Shown here one piece after another: positions 62,447 through 64,000 of a DNA stretch of 64,000 bases. Position 1 is the first letter of the stretch, and each line of letters starts with the position of its first letter. The position numbers and the translations under genes are program-made. Source of the DNA: Balamuthia mandrillaris (Eukaryota); NCBI GenBank assembly GCA_031835245.2, contig JAVKOQ020000040.1, positions 1 to 64,000 of the forward strand. Reading direction: 5' to 3'. Below the pieces are notes generated by a model. The model was not told the DNA's origin. It was given only the letters and a program-made list of their open reading frames with translations, and did no database searches.

Positions 62447-62952
62447 CATGGAAGAACGAACGAGAAGCTCTGTTGAAGTCCTGAGCAGCAACACCGATAA
62501 CGCAGATCCCAAGACGTCCGCCAGCATTACCGACTGGCTGCCCGCAGTCATCCGCACGTTCGTGAACTACAACCGATCTTCCCAAAATCGAGTCCTCGCC
62601 CGTAAGTTCCAACAGGTCCAGATCTCTGTCCTCTGTAATTCTTCTTTGAACGGCAGTCCAGTTTCCCTTTATTTTTCGTGGAGACTTTCTTTAGAACGCT
62701 GAAGGGAAAGAAGAAAAAGACACAAAGAAGAAAGGAGAAAGAAAGAATAAAGGACACATTAGCACAAACCATGTCACCCGCGTGTCTTTCAGGGTTGGGA
62801 GGGCATCCATGATCGATGGAACCACCACCCACAAAGTGGCCACCTGTGCTCAGACCTGATTCTTTGTCGCTGATATCTCCAAACTACAGTTTCAATACCT
62901 CAAAGTTAGCAAAGTGCGGGAAGAGCTGCAGGGAAGAGGCCACACCGATAAC

Positions 62953-62995
<43 letters not shown>

Positions 62996-63045
62996 GAGAG
63001 ACGAGAGACGAGAGAAGAGAGAGAAGAGACAGACGAGAGAGGATA

Positions 63046-63076
<31 letters not shown>

Positions 63077-63147
63077 AGAGACAGACGAGAGAAGGAGAGG
63101 GGACAGACGAGAGAAGAGAGAAGAGAGAGAGAAGAAAGGAGAGGAGG

Positions 63148-63182
<35 letters not shown>

Positions 63183-63526
63183 AAGAGGAAAAAGAAAAAG
63201 AACCTCGTGGACATGAATGGCATGGGTTTGAAGGTTAAAGCCCTCGATTTGGACGGAAACGGTGGTGATGTCCCTGGGGTCGTCGTTTTGCTCCTTTCTA
63301 AAGATGATGCTGCCAGTAAGTCGGTGCTGTTCTCCAGCCTCCGTGGCCATAAGTTGACAGTGCCCCACAAAGGCTTTATCTGCACATCGGAAACAAAAAA
63401 TATAAGAAAAAAGAAAAACAAAGAGAAAAAGAGAACAAAGAGAGTACTTTGCAGTTGAGCAGACGACAGGCTTGATAGAGCCACCACCAGGACCACCAAA
63501 CAGAGACAACACCTCCACATTGTCAT
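61237..63526 (-). CDS. Secreted, membrane-anchored protein with two Cu/Zn superoxide dismutase-like domains
   Basis: Signal peptide; domain 1 HAIHVHE-FGD..TGGHF..DHGCP..RHAGDMGN..GRSVVVHERADD..GNAGGRLGICVIG; domain 2 HAIGIH..AGERYNP..RPWGDLGN..IIGRSIVIF..GPRLMMGVIG; Ser/Asp linker; C-terminal TM (GLAVGLAFGWTIAIVAIIVAIFLG). Confidence 0.85.
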
Positions 63527-63566
63527 CTCTTTCTTTCTTAGTCGAGGTTTTGTTTGAGGCAACAAC

Positions 63567-63598
<32 letters not shown>

Positions 63599-64000
63599 GG
63601 AGAGAGAGAGAGAGGGAAAAAAAAGGTTTCCTTTGTGTCACAAACAAAAATAACCCAAACAAAAAAAAACGAAAACAAATATTTAAAAAAAAAACAAAGG
63701 AAAAAAAAGGCTTGTTAGTGAAACATTACTGGAACGGCCTTCCTTTTCCTTTTTCTGTTTTTTGGTGCATGCTCACAGCATGCCTGGCCTTGCCCCTTCT
63801 TTCAAAGGCCTTTCTTTTTCCTTCCAGATAATCGCTGGAGATTTTCTCCTTTTTTTCTGCAAAGTTTCGGCCTAAAATGTGCTCTCTTTTCCTTCGAATT
63901 TCTTGCTGCGCATTTTTTTCGGGGAAGCAGTTGACGTGAGTTCGAACCCAAATGCGCGCAACCATTTTTTTGGCAGGAACCCATTGACGTGCGTTCGATC

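Overview
Intron-rich eukaryotic DNA. Gene content (Fsl-type frizzled GPCR, tyrosine-kinase-like genes, profilin-like domain) and (CT)n-filled introns suggest an amoebozoan, possibly Balamuthia/Acanthamoeba-like; this is inference, not a search result. About 17 host genes plus two mobile elements. (1) A ~13.5 kb Helitron2/Helentron-type rolling-circle element (18747-32249, minus strand) with asymmetric terminal inverted repeats. It carries three co-oriented genes: a spliced Rep/Pif1 helicase, a 2OG-Fe(II) dioxygenase with TET/JBP-family motifs, and an RPA70-like OB-fold protein. Two head-to-tail ~340-380 bp non-autonomous derivatives follow it. (2) At the left edge, a Crypton-like gene (zinc fingers + tyrosine recombinase + chromodomain-like C-terminus), frameshifted by a 4-bp duplication, next to a ~150-bp tandem array with an invariant 33-bp core. 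The best candidate for an undescribed system is the Helitron carrying its own putative DNA base-oxidising enzyme. Several host genes have unusual fusions: MOB-SAM-Tyr kinase (two copies), SAM-profilin, DEP-flavoprotein disulfide reductase, and a membrane-anchored tandem Cu/Zn-SOD with one degenerate domain. All domain calls are by motif recognition, and exon boundaries were read by eye.
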